The translations under genes and the position numbers were made by a program. From an uncultured Clostridiaceae bacterium (GTDB taxonomy: Bacteria; Bacillota; Clostridia; DUPQ01), in NCBI GenBank assembly GCA_964475455.1, contig CAYYXJ010000003.1, forward strand, positions 1-34,959: a stretch of 34,959 bases of DNA, in the 5' to 3' direction. A model generated the notes under the pieces. It did no database searches. It saw only the letters and a list, made by a program, of their open reading frames with translations, and had not been told where the DNA came from. Positions 1 to 7,305 of this stretch are shown here, one piece after another. Numbering within the stretch: the first letter of the stretch is position 1; every line of letters begins with the position of its first letter.

Positions 1-1097
1 ACAAATATACTTCCTGCAACAGTCACTATTACATACCCGATATTGTTTATGAAACTCATTACCGGCATTATAACGCCCGAGATAAACTGGGCTTTCCAAC
101 CTGCTGCATAGAGTTCTTCATTTATTTGGTCAAATTCAGCTATTGAATCATTTTCCTTGCCGTATGCTTTAACAATCTTATGGCCGGTGTACATTTCTTC
201 TACATGCCCATTTAACTGACCCAGGGTTTTTTGTTGTATCTTGAACTGCTCTTGAGACTTGGAAGCAATGAACTTGGTTGCAAATGCACTTAGAGGTAAA
301 ATTACAAGAGTAATCAAAGTCATCCATGGACTTATTGTAAGCATCATTATTATTATTCCAAGCATCGTAATGACTGATGATATCAATTGAGTAAGGCTTT
401 GTTGCATGGTGCTGCTTATATTATCCATGTCATTCGTCACTCTGCTCAGAACATCTCCGTGTGCCTTGTCGTCGAAGAATTTAAGAGGAAGAAGCTGAAG
501 TTTATTGTTGAGTTCTTTTCTCATGTTATAAACTGATCGCTGAGCAACTGCAGCCATGACATACATGTTCAGATAACTGAATATTGAACTGACAATATAT
601 AGACCAATCAGCCATGCCATAATAACAGCGATTGCATCAAAATCTATTGCAGCTCCGGGTATTCCCTGCATCTTCATCATTAGACCCTTGAAAAGTTCTG
701 TTGTTGCTTTACCGAGAATTTTCGGACCTACTATAGCAGAGGTTGTTGCAAGAACAGACATTATCAAAACAAAAATTAAATTAACTTTGAATGGTTTAAG
801 GTACTCAATCAAGCGTCTGAGTGTGCCTTTAAAATCCTTTGCCTTTTCTGCGGGTCCCCTCATTCCGGGTCCCATTCTCATTCCACCGCCCTCGGGTTTT
901 TTGGGACCTCCGAAACCTTTCATTGGTGCGGGGTTATTTTCATTGGGAAGCGAATTGTCAGAACCGGGGTTAGGTGTCATACCGTCACCCGGTTTGAATC
1001 TATTTTTCCTTGCTCTTTTCATCATTGCCTTCTTGTCCTTTTTGCTCATTGGCATATTTTTATTGTTCATATTGTTTTTATCATTCATTTTGTTCAT
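1..1097 (-). CDS. ABC exporter fused permease/ATPase subunit, N-terminal (transmembrane) part only; the gene continues beyond the window start
   Basis: Absent from the ORF track because it is truncated by the window edge. My reverse-strand translation from ATG 1097 gives MNKMNDKNN...GPAEKAKDFKGTLRRLIEYLKPFKVNLIFVL...PKILGKATTELFKGLMMKMQGIPGAAIDFDAI..., with no stop down to position 1. This is typical of a type I ABC exporter transmembrane domain. Its ATG overlaps the upstream gene's stop as ATGA at 1094-1097, suggesting translational coupling. Confidence 0.8.
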   Translation of the reverse strand, partial: MNKMNDKNNMNNKNMPMSKKDKKAMMKRARKNRFKPGDGMTPNPGSDNSLPNENNPAPMKGFGGPKKPEGGGMRMGPGMRGPAEKAKDFKGTLRRLIEYLKPFKVNLIFVLIMSVLATTSAIVGPKILGKATTELFKGLMMKMQGIPGAAIDFDAIAVIMAWLIGLYIVSSIFSYLNMYVMAAVAQRSVYNMRKELNNKLQLLPLKFFDDKAHGDVLSRVTNDMDNISSTMQQSLTQLISSVITMLGIIIMMLTISPWMTLITLVILPLSAFATKFIASKSQEQFKIQQKTLGQLNGHVEEMYTGHKIVKAYGKENDSIAEFDQINEELYAAGWKAQFISGVIMPVMSFINNIGYVIVTVAGSIF

Positions 1098-2821
1098 GCC
1101 AATTCCTCCTCTGACAACTGGGAAGAAACAATTTCGCGGTAAATACCATTACTTTTCAGGAGTTCCCTATGGGTTCCTATTCCACTGATCCTGCCGTTGT
1201 CCAGAACAATAATTCTATCTGAATTCATTATTGTACTTACTCTTTGGGCAACAATAATTACAGTGGATTCAGAGGTTTCTTCTTTCAATGCTTTTCTTAG
1301 TTTAGCATCTGTCTTGAAGTCGAGAGCGGAGAAGCTGTCATCAAATATATAGATTTCAGGTTTTCTCACCAAAGCCCTGGCAATGGAAAGCCTTTGCTTT
1401 TGTCCGCCGGATATGTTGGTTCCGCCCTGTGAAATTATTGAGTCGAACTTACCTTCACGTTCCTCTATGAATTCCATGGCCTGTGAGGTTATTGCCGCTT
1501 TTTCAACTTCTTCAATGGTTGCGTCAGGTTTCCCATAACGGATATTATCAGCAACACTTCCTGTAAATAGAACTGCTTTTTGTGGTACATAACCAATTTT
1601 CTTCCTGAGATGTTCCTGTGTCATTTTTTTTATCGGAACACCGTCTATCAGTATTTCTCCGCTTTCAGAATCATAAAATCTTGGAATCATGCTGACAAGG
1701 GTGGTTTTACCCGAACCTGTTCCACCGATGATGGCTGTTGTTTCTCCGGGGTTTGCACTGAAGGAAATATCCTTGATGGCACACTCCTCTGCACCGGGGT
1801 ATTTGTAACAGACGTTTTTAAATTCTATATATCCTTTTTTATCAGCTGCTTCAACTGGGTTTTCAGGATCATTTATTTCCGGATACATATCAAGGACTTC
1901 ATTTATTCTTTCTGCTGAAGCAGATGCCCTGGGGACCATTATGAACATCATTGACAGCATCATAAGTGAAAACATTATCCTCATGATGTATTGTATGAAT
2001 GCCATCAGGTCACCTACCTGCATTGCACCGCTGTCTATCCTGTGACCTCCGAACCAGACAACGGCAATTGTAGCCAGATTAATTATAAGCATTAGTGCGG
2101 GCATCAAAAATGCCATTATCCTGTTAACTTTTATTCCGGTTTCCGTCAGGTCAAGACTAGCTTCATCAAATCTTTTTGTTTCTCTATCTATCCTATTAAA
2201 AGCCCGTATAACACGTATACCGGTAAGGCGTTCCCTGAAAACCAGGTTTACTTTATCAAGCTTTTTCTGAAGTGACTTGAACAAAGGCATTCCTTTTTTA
2301 ACAAGCCAGAAAATTATAAGAAGTATGACTGGCAGAGCATATAGAAGTATGGTTGCCAGTTTTGGATCTTTATCGATTGACATTATTACTCCGCCGATAA
2401 ACATCAGTGGAGCATAAATCATTAATCTGAGCATTATGACGACAACATTCTGCATCTGGTTGATGTCATTGGTTGTTCGGGTTATCAAAGAAGCCGTGCC
2501 TATTTTATTAAACTCATGCAATGAGTAGCTTTCAACCCTGGAAAAAACTTTTTTCCTCAAGCTCTTACCGAACCCAATGGCAACCCTGGCTCCCAGATAG
2601 CTGGCAGCTATTGTGAAAACACCTGCGGCTCCGGCAATTGCCAGCATCAGAAGTCCCTTATTTACAATGTAGTCGGTATCTGCATTTACAATACCTGTAT
2701 CTACTATATCGGACATAATGTTGGGCAGATATAATTCTGCAATGGCCTGTAGAAATACCAGCACAGTAACAAATATTATTGGTACTGTAAAAGGTTTTAA
2801 TTTTTTAAGTAGTTTTATCAT
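1094..2821 (-). CDS. ABC exporter fused permease/ATPase subunit (heterodimeric multidrug-type exporter partner)
   Basis: 575 aa. The N-terminal half has six predicted TM segments. Walker A is GGTGSGKTT, the ABC signature is ISGGQKQRLSIARAL and Walker B is IYIFDDSFSALD. Confidence 0.92.
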   Translation of the reverse strand: MIKLLKKLKPFTVPIIFVTVLVFLQAIAELYLPNIMSDIVDTGIVNADTDYIVNKGLLMLAIAGAAGVFTIAASYLGARVAIGFGKSLRKKVFSRVESYSLHEFNKIGTASLITRTTNDINQMQNVVVIMLRLMIYAPLMFIGGVIMSIDKDPKLATILLYALPVILLIIFWLVKKGMPLFKSLQKKLDKVNLVFRERLTGIRVIRAFNRIDRETKRFDEASLDLTETGIKVNRIMAFLMPALMLIINLATIAVVWFGGHRIDSGAMQVGDLMAFIQYIMRIMFSLMMLSMMFIMVPRASASAERINEVLDMYPEINDPENPVEAADKKGYIEFKNVCYKYPGAEECAIKDISFSANPGETTAIIGGTGSGKTTLVSMIPRFYDSESGEILIDGVPIKKMTQEHLRKKIGYVPQKAVLFTGSVADNIRYGKPDATIEEVEKAAITSQAMEFIEEREGKFDSIISQGGTNISGGQKQRLSIARALVRKPEIYIFDDSFSALDFKTDAKLRKALKEETSESTVIIVAQRVSTIMNSDRIIVLDNGRISGIGTHRELLKSNGIYREIVSSQLSEEELA

Positions 2822-2836
2822 AATAATCCTTCCAAA

Positions 2837-3307
2837 TCATTCTTTAATAATAAAAGTAAAGTATTCAAACACTTCCTGAAGTAAAGATGCCAACTCTCCG
2901 CTTTTTTCTTCTCCCAGATAATCGGAAAGGCCGGTAAACCGTTTGTAAAAATCTTCATAACCCTTCTTAGCTAAATCACGTCCTTTACCCGACAATATTA
3001 CCCGTGTAACCCTTCCGTCATCCTCATCGGGAATTTTTTCAACATAACCCTTGCGTTCAAGGCTTTTGACAAGCTGGGTTACAGTAGGGACGGCGACACA
3101 TAGTTCGTCACTGATTTCAGAAATTTTCAGACCGGATCCTTTTTCCATATATGTGTGTTTAACAGTATGCAGGACCATGAATTCACTGGGCTTAAGTTCT
3201 TCAACATGTTTGGGTCTCCAGTGGATTTTTCGAAACTGTGAGAAAGCACTCATTAGTTTTTCAGCATTGATATTCTTTTCTTCTTTGATTGTGGACACCT
3301 CTTTCAT
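2837..3307 (-). CDS. MarR-family transcriptional regulator, first gene of the marR-ABC-ABC operon
   Basis: 156 aa with a winged-HTH region ISEISDELCVAVPTVTQLVKSLERKGYVEK..DDGRVTRVILSGKG. It lies 15 bp upstream of the ABC gene on the same strand. No strong SD precedes the start, so the exact start is uncertain. Confidence 0.82.
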   Translation of the reverse strand: MKEVSTIKEEKNINAEKLMSAFSQFRKIHWRPKHVEELKPSEFMVLHTVKHTYMEKGSGLKISEISDELCVAVPTVTQLVKSLERKGYVEKIPDEDDGRVTRVILSGKGRDLAKKGYEDFYKRFTGLSDYLGEEKSGELASLLQEVFEYFTFIIKE

Positions 3308-3309
3308 TT

Positions 3310-3330
3310 ATTTAGTTAAACAACCTAAAT
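3310..3330. promoter_or_regulatory. Inverted repeat ATTTAG-N9-CTAAAT, candidate MarR auto-operator
   Basis: A perfect 6-bp inverted repeat lies between the predicted marR -10 element and the marR start codon, overlapping the expected TSS. The operator role is inferred from position only. Confidence 0.3.
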
Positions 3331-3331
3331 A

Positions 3332-3359
3332 ATATTATCACATAGTATTCTGTTGTCAA
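3332..3359 (-). promoter_or_regulatory. Sigma-A-type promoter for marR/ABC operon
   Basis: The reverse strand reads TTGACA (3359-3354), a 16-nt spacer, then TGaTAATAT (extended -10, hexamer 3337-3332). Confidence 0.55.
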
Positions 3360-3371
3360 TATATAATTTTG

Positions 3372-3399
3372 TTGACATAAGAAGTTTTTATGATAAAAT
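3372..3399 (+). promoter_or_regulatory. Sigma-A-type promoter for the tRNA-Val/tRNA-Thr pair
   Basis: TTGACA (3372-3377), a 16-nt spacer, then TGaTAAAAT (hexamer 3394-3399). It sits about 18 nt upstream of the tRNA-Val 5' end and back-to-back with the marR promoter. Confidence 0.6.
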
Positions 3400-3416
3400 T
3401 ATTCTTGCGCAATTTT

Positions 3417-3492
3417 GGGCGCATAGCTCAGCTGGGAGAGCACCTGCCTTACAAGCAGGGGGTCATAGGTTCGAGCCCTATTGCGCCCACCA
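3417..3492 (+). tRNA. tRNA-Val (anticodon TAC)
   Basis: 76-nt cloverleaf folded by hand. The acceptor stem is GGGCGCA/TGCGCCC, the D stem GCTC/GAGC and the anticodon stem CCTGC/GCAGG with loop CTTACAA. The T arm is ATAGG-TTCGAGC-CCTAT, followed by discriminator A and an encoded CCA. Confidence 0.95.
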
Positions 3493-3497
3493 ATCCC

Positions 3498-3573
3498 GCT
3501 GGTGTAGCTCAGCCGGTAGAGCAGCTGATTTGTAATCAGCAGGTCGGGGGTTCGAATCCGTCCACCAGCTCCA
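3498..3573 (+). tRNA. tRNA-Thr (anticodon TGT)
   Basis: 76 nt. The acceptor stem is GCTGGTG/CACCAGC, the D stem GCTC/GAGC and the anticodon stem GCTGA/TCAGC with loop TTTGTAA. CCA is encoded. The T stem GGGGG/CCGTC carries one G-G mismatch (positions 3548 and 3560) and one G-T pair, hence the slightly lower confidence. Confidence 0.88.
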
Positions 3574-3607
3574 AAACAACCTTGGTCAGTCAGGGTTGTT
3601 TTTATTT
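3574..3607 (+). terminator. Rho-independent terminator after the tRNA pair
   Basis: AAACAACCTTG-gtcagt-CAGGGTTGTTT forms a stem of about 11 bp with one G-T pair, followed by a TTTATTT run. Confidence 0.8.
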
Positions 3608-4018
3608 GCGGCTTGTAGCTGTCTGAAAACAACCTATTTTTTGTTCGGGAAAAAAGCAAAACATCATAAAATGTATACCATTGTTGTTATTTAACCAACT
3701 CTGGAACGTTCAATCTGAATTACCTGCATTTTAATCTATTAATGGAGGCAATCAATGAATATAAGACCATCTTCATTAAATCCGGTGGAGTGGGTTTAAT
3801 AATGAACCTGAACAGCAATCCGGGAAAAACCAGCGGCTAGGATTATTCCGCTCCATGATCTGTGCTTACTGAACAAATTTTACTGTCCGGTCTATTGGTA
3901 ACTTTGGATTTTTAAGAATAATTTTCGTATCTGTGCAGAAAAATTAAAATCGTTTTTTAATACATTTATATTCTTCTGGGAGTATAATCATATCAGACAA
4001 TGGTTTCCGGAGGCATAT

Positions 4019-5161
4019 ATGGGAAGACGCGAGGATTTCAGAAGGACACTGAATCACATTACACCTGAAAATATGATATTGGATCTTGGGGGCAATCCTC
4101 TTTCATCCATGGAGGGAGACAGTCCTGATAAATTGCTGGATTTTCTTGGTTTCAAGGCGGAGAAAAGTGAAAACATTCTTTTCGGCAAGACCAGAAAGGT
4201 CGATGAGAGAATCCTTGATTATCTTGATATTGACACCAGGTCCATCGGTACAATACTGACTCCCATGGATTCACAGTATGAAGTGCTTTCCGATGACCTG
4301 TATATAGACGAATGGGGAATTAAAAGAAAGTTCACCGGCATGTACTGGGATATAGTCGAATATCCGTTGAAGGGTGCCTCGGCAGATGACCTTGATTCAT
4401 ACAGGTGGCCTGATCCTGAGAGCCTGGATTATGACCTTATAGATGAATTTGCAAGACAGGCAAGAAAATACCATGATGAAACAGATTACCTAATCTGCGG
4501 GGAACATCCTGTATATGGAATCTTTGAGATAGGGTGCTGGATGTGCGGATTCGATGACTTCCTTCTTAAAATGGCCATTGATGAGAAGTTCGTCAGGAAG
4601 TTCTTTGAAAAAATACTCGAATACCAAAAAGTAGTATCAAAGGAATATTATTCAAGGGTTGGCAGCTACATACACTACACATCAAGCGGTGATGATTTTG
4701 CAACCCAGACGAGTCTTTTCATGTCACCAGGTATGTTCAGGGAGCTAATTAAACCGTACCTGAAGGAGCGTATTGAGTTTACTAAAAAATATACCGATGC
4801 AGCATTCCTGCATCATTCCTGCGGAAATGTCCATGACATAATCGATGACCTGATAGACTGCGGTGTGGATATTCTGAATCCCATTCAACCCACCAACGAA
4901 CACATGGCACCTGACAATCTTAAGAAGACTTTTGGAAAACGCATAACATTCCATGGTGGGCTTGATACCCAGGCGGTCCTGCCATTTGGTACAGAGGATA
5001 CGGTCAGGGAAGCGGTGAAAGAATTGGTTGGGGCCATGAACCATGACGGTGGATATATTTTCGCTGCTGCCCATAATATCCAGCCCGATGTGCCGCCTGC
5101 GAATGTCATCCATATGTTCAAGGCTGCCAGAGAATATGGTTCACGGGGCAGGACTACATGA
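4019..5161 (+). CDS. Uroporphyrinogen decarboxylase (URO-D) family protein, MtaA/CmuA-like fold; substrate unknown
   Basis: 380 aa. The family-like core is SSGDDFATQTSLFMSPGMFRELIKPYLKERI...LHHSCGNV...CGVDILNPIQP...FAAAHNIQPDVP. An SD GGAGG lies 5 nt upstream of the ATG. Confidence 0.75.
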   Translation: MGRREDFRRTLNHITPENMILDLGGNPLSSMEGDSPDKLLDFLGFKAEKSENILFGKTRKVDERILDYLDIDTRSIGTILTPMDSQYEVLSDDLYIDEWGIKRKFTGMYWDIVEYPLKGASADDLDSYRWPDPESLDYDLIDEFARQARKYHDETDYLICGEHPVYGIFEIGCWMCGFDDFLLKMAIDEKFVRKFFEKILEYQKVVSKEYYSRVGSYIHYTSSGDDFATQTSLFMSPGMFRELIKPYLKERIEFTKKYTDAAFLHHSCGNVHDIIDDLIDCGVDILNPIQPTNEHMAPDNLKKTFGKRITFHGGLDTQAVLPFGTEDTVREAVKELVGAMNHDGGYIFAAAHNIQPDVPPANVIHMFKAAREYGSRGRTT

Positions 5162-5184
5162 TATAATTTATTGGTGAGGTGCTT

Positions 5185-6120
5185 ATGGATTTATATTCTG
5201 TCGTAATACCATTATATAATGAGGAAGAAGTAGTACTTGAATGCGTAAGGCGTGTTTCTGGTGTACTTGAAGAAATTGATGGCGATTATGAAGTCATTTT
5301 TGTAAATGACGGAAGTCACGATAAAACAATGGAGCTTGTACAGGGTGAATGCAGTAAAAACAAAAAACTTAAGGTTTTATCATTTTCAAGAAACTTCGGT
5401 CATCAGATTGCTATAACCGCAGGGATGGATCATGCACAAGGTGATGCTGTTATAGTTATGGACGCAGATTTGCAGGATCCACCGGAAGTCATAAAAGATC
5501 TGATTGCTAAATATAAAGAAGGATATGATGTTGTCTATGCTGTTCGCTCCAAAAGAAAAGGTGAAACATTCTTCAAAAAATTAACATCCAAGGTTTTCTA
5601 TCGATTCCTGAGATACATGTGCAACATCGATATTCCTGTTGACACAGGGGACTTCAGGCTCATAAGCCGAAAGGTCTGCAATGTAATGAAAAATCTTACG
5701 GAACGAAATCGTTATGTTAGAGGTTTGGTGTCGTGGGTTGGATTCAAACAGGCGGCTGTGGAATATGTAAGGGAAGAACGGTTCGCAGGAGAAACAAAAT
5801 ATCCTTTAAGAAAAATGCTGAAACTATCCATGGATGGAATTACATCTTTTTCAACAAAACCACTAACCATGTCAAAGAATCTTGGTTTTCTGACAGCAGC
5901 TGCAGGATTCATATATATGATTGTAGTAGTCCTTCAAAAATTTGTTTTTGGCAAAACAGTACAGGGATGGGCGAGTCTGGCAGTGCTTATTTTACTCTTA
6001 GGTGGAATACAATTGATAATGCTTGGATTCATTGGAGAATATATAGCAAGGATATTTGACGAAAGCAAAAACAGACCCCTTTATATCATAGAGGAAAAGA
6101 TAAATATTGAAGAAGACTGA
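5185..6120 (+). CDS. Family-2 glycosyltransferase, polyprenyl-phosphate sugar transferase type (GtrB/CsbB/ArnC-like)
   Basis: Motifs are VIPLYNEEE, VNDGSHDKT and MDADLQDPPE, plus two C-terminal TM helices. The ATG at 5185 follows the SD GGTGAGG. The ORF-track start at 5179 is a GTG two codons upstream. Confidence 0.85.
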   Translation: MDLYSVVIPLYNEEEVVLECVRRVSGVLEEIDGDYEVIFVNDGSHDKTMELVQGECSKNKKLKVLSFSRNFGHQIAITAGMDHAQGDAVIVMDADLQDPPEVIKDLIAKYKEGYDVVYAVRSKRKGETFFKKLTSKVFYRFLRYMCNIDIPVDTGDFRLISRKVCNVMKNLTERNRYVRGLVSWVGFKQAAVEYVREERFAGETKYPLRKMLKLSMDGITSFSTKPLTMSKNLGFLTAAAGFIYMIVVVLQKFVFGKTVQGWASLAVLILLLGGIQLIMLGFIGEYIARIFDESKNRPLYIIEEKINIEED

Positions 6121-6964
6121 TATTTTTTACAGCGATATGCACATGCACGGTAGTTATAGCGACGGCAGAGGAAGTCTGCGGGAGTTTATTAAGTCTGCAG
6201 TTGAAAAAGGTTTTTCCACAATTGGGTTTTCAGACCACAGCCCGGTACCCCTTGATAACTGCTGGTCTATGAAACTTTCTGATTTGAATTCATATATTGA
6301 TGAAATTAGCAGCCTTAAAAAAGAGTATCATGGCAGAATTGAAGTTCTTCTTGGTGTTGAACTTGATTATATTAATGGAGTGGATGTAAAGGAATATATT
6401 AACTATGAATCCCGTGGATTTGATTATTTTATAAGTTCAGTACATTATGTTTACAGCAAAAGACTAGGTAGATATTTTGAAGTTGACGGACCTGCGGATT
6501 TATTCAATATCCTGCTTGAGAAAGGGTTTGATAACGATATTGGACTACTGATCCAGAATTACTACGATGATGTAAGAAAAATGATAAAAGATTATAAACC
6601 TGCTGTTATTGGTCATCTGGACTTGATAAAGAAGAATAACGGTACAGAAAGATATTTTAAAGAAGAAAGCAGCTTATATGTAGAGGAAGTAGACAAGACC
6701 CTTGAAGTAATAAAAGAGTATGGGGCTTTGATAGAAATAAATACAGGGGCCATTTCCAGGGGTTATACTAAAACACCATATCCATCTTTATATATTTTAA
6801 AGAAATGTCTTGAAAATGGCATTGGAATTACTTTGAATTCCGATGCACATGAACCTTCTAACATTGGATATAAGTTCAAGGATATAATTGATATGGCGAG
6901 AACCATTGGATTCGCTGAGATATATTTTTACAGTAATGGTGAATGGAGACCTTTTTCACTTTAA
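6107..6964 (+). CDS. PHP-domain phosphoesterase, HisJ-family histidinol-phosphatase-like
   Basis: PHP metal-ligand motifs are DMHMHGSYSDG, FSDHSP, SVHY, IGHLD and NSDAHEP. The start is uncertain: either TTG 6107, which overlaps the GT2 stop, or ATG 6137. Confidence 0.75.
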   Translation: MKKTDIFYSDMHMHGSYSDGRGSLREFIKSAVEKGFSTIGFSDHSPVPLDNCWSMKLSDLNSYIDEISSLKKEYHGRIEVLLGVELDYINGVDVKEYINYESRGFDYFISSVHYVYSKRLGRYFEVDGPADLFNILLEKGFDNDIGLLIQNYYDDVRKMIKDYKPAVIGHLDLIKKNNGTERYFKEESSLYVEEVDKTLEVIKEYGALIEINTGAISRGYTKTPYPSLYILKKCLENGIGITLNSDAHEPSNIGYKFKDIIDMARTIGFAEIYFYSNGEWRPFSL

Positions 6965-7017
6965 CATGATGAATTGATGGTGTATAATATCTTTCATTGT
7001 TAATACGGAGGAACCAA

Positions 7018-7305
7018 TTGAAAATTTCAAAAGAAACTGTTTTATATGTAGCTGACCTTGCCAGATTGAATCTTTCTGAGGAGGAATCCGAAAGACTTTC
7101 TGACGAAATGGGTCGGATTCTGGGCTATATGGAAAAACTCAACTCACTTGACACATCAAATGTAAAAGCCATGGAGCATGTTGAACCAATCAGTAATATT
7201 TTAAGAGAAGACGTTGTAGAAGAATCATTTGACAGGGAATTAATTCTTTCAAACGCGCCCGATGAACAGGATGGTGCATTCAGGGTTCCCAGGGTGGTGG
7301 AATAA
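7018..7305 (+). CDS. gatC: Asp/Glu-tRNA(Asn/Gln) amidotransferase subunit C
   Basis: 95 aa, MKISKETVLYVADLARLNLSEEE...VPRVVE. A TTG start at 7018 follows the SD GGAGG. It lies directly upstream of gatA and gatB. Confidence 0.9.
   Translation: MKISKETVLYVADLARLNLSEEESERLSDEMGRILGYMEKLNSLDTSNVKAMEHVEPISNILREDVVEESFDRELILSNAPDEQDGAFRVPRVVE

Noticed and set aside
872-1097. Asn/Lys/Gly/Pro/Met-rich extension of about 75 aa at the N-terminus of the truncated ABC subunit
   Set aside because: Gly/Pro/Met-rich leaders ending in ...EKAKDFKGTL are, as far as I recall, common on this class of Firmicute heterodimeric ABC exporters. It is low-complexity sequence with no further signal.
3353-3659. ORF-track ORFs of 60-86 aa on both strands across 3353-3659
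   Set aside because: They are read straight through the two tRNA genes and their terminator. The cloverleaf structures explain the sequence fully.
3574-4018. Integrated-element remnant or att site at the tRNA-Thr 3' end; also a cobalamin riboswitch ahead of the URO-D/MtaA-like gene
   Set aside because: There is no direct repeat of the tRNA 3' end downstream and no integrase or phage-like ORF. I could find no B12-box-like sequence or the characteristic GGTG..CC..GC.G.CCCGC core by eye. The region is reported only as an unexplained gap.
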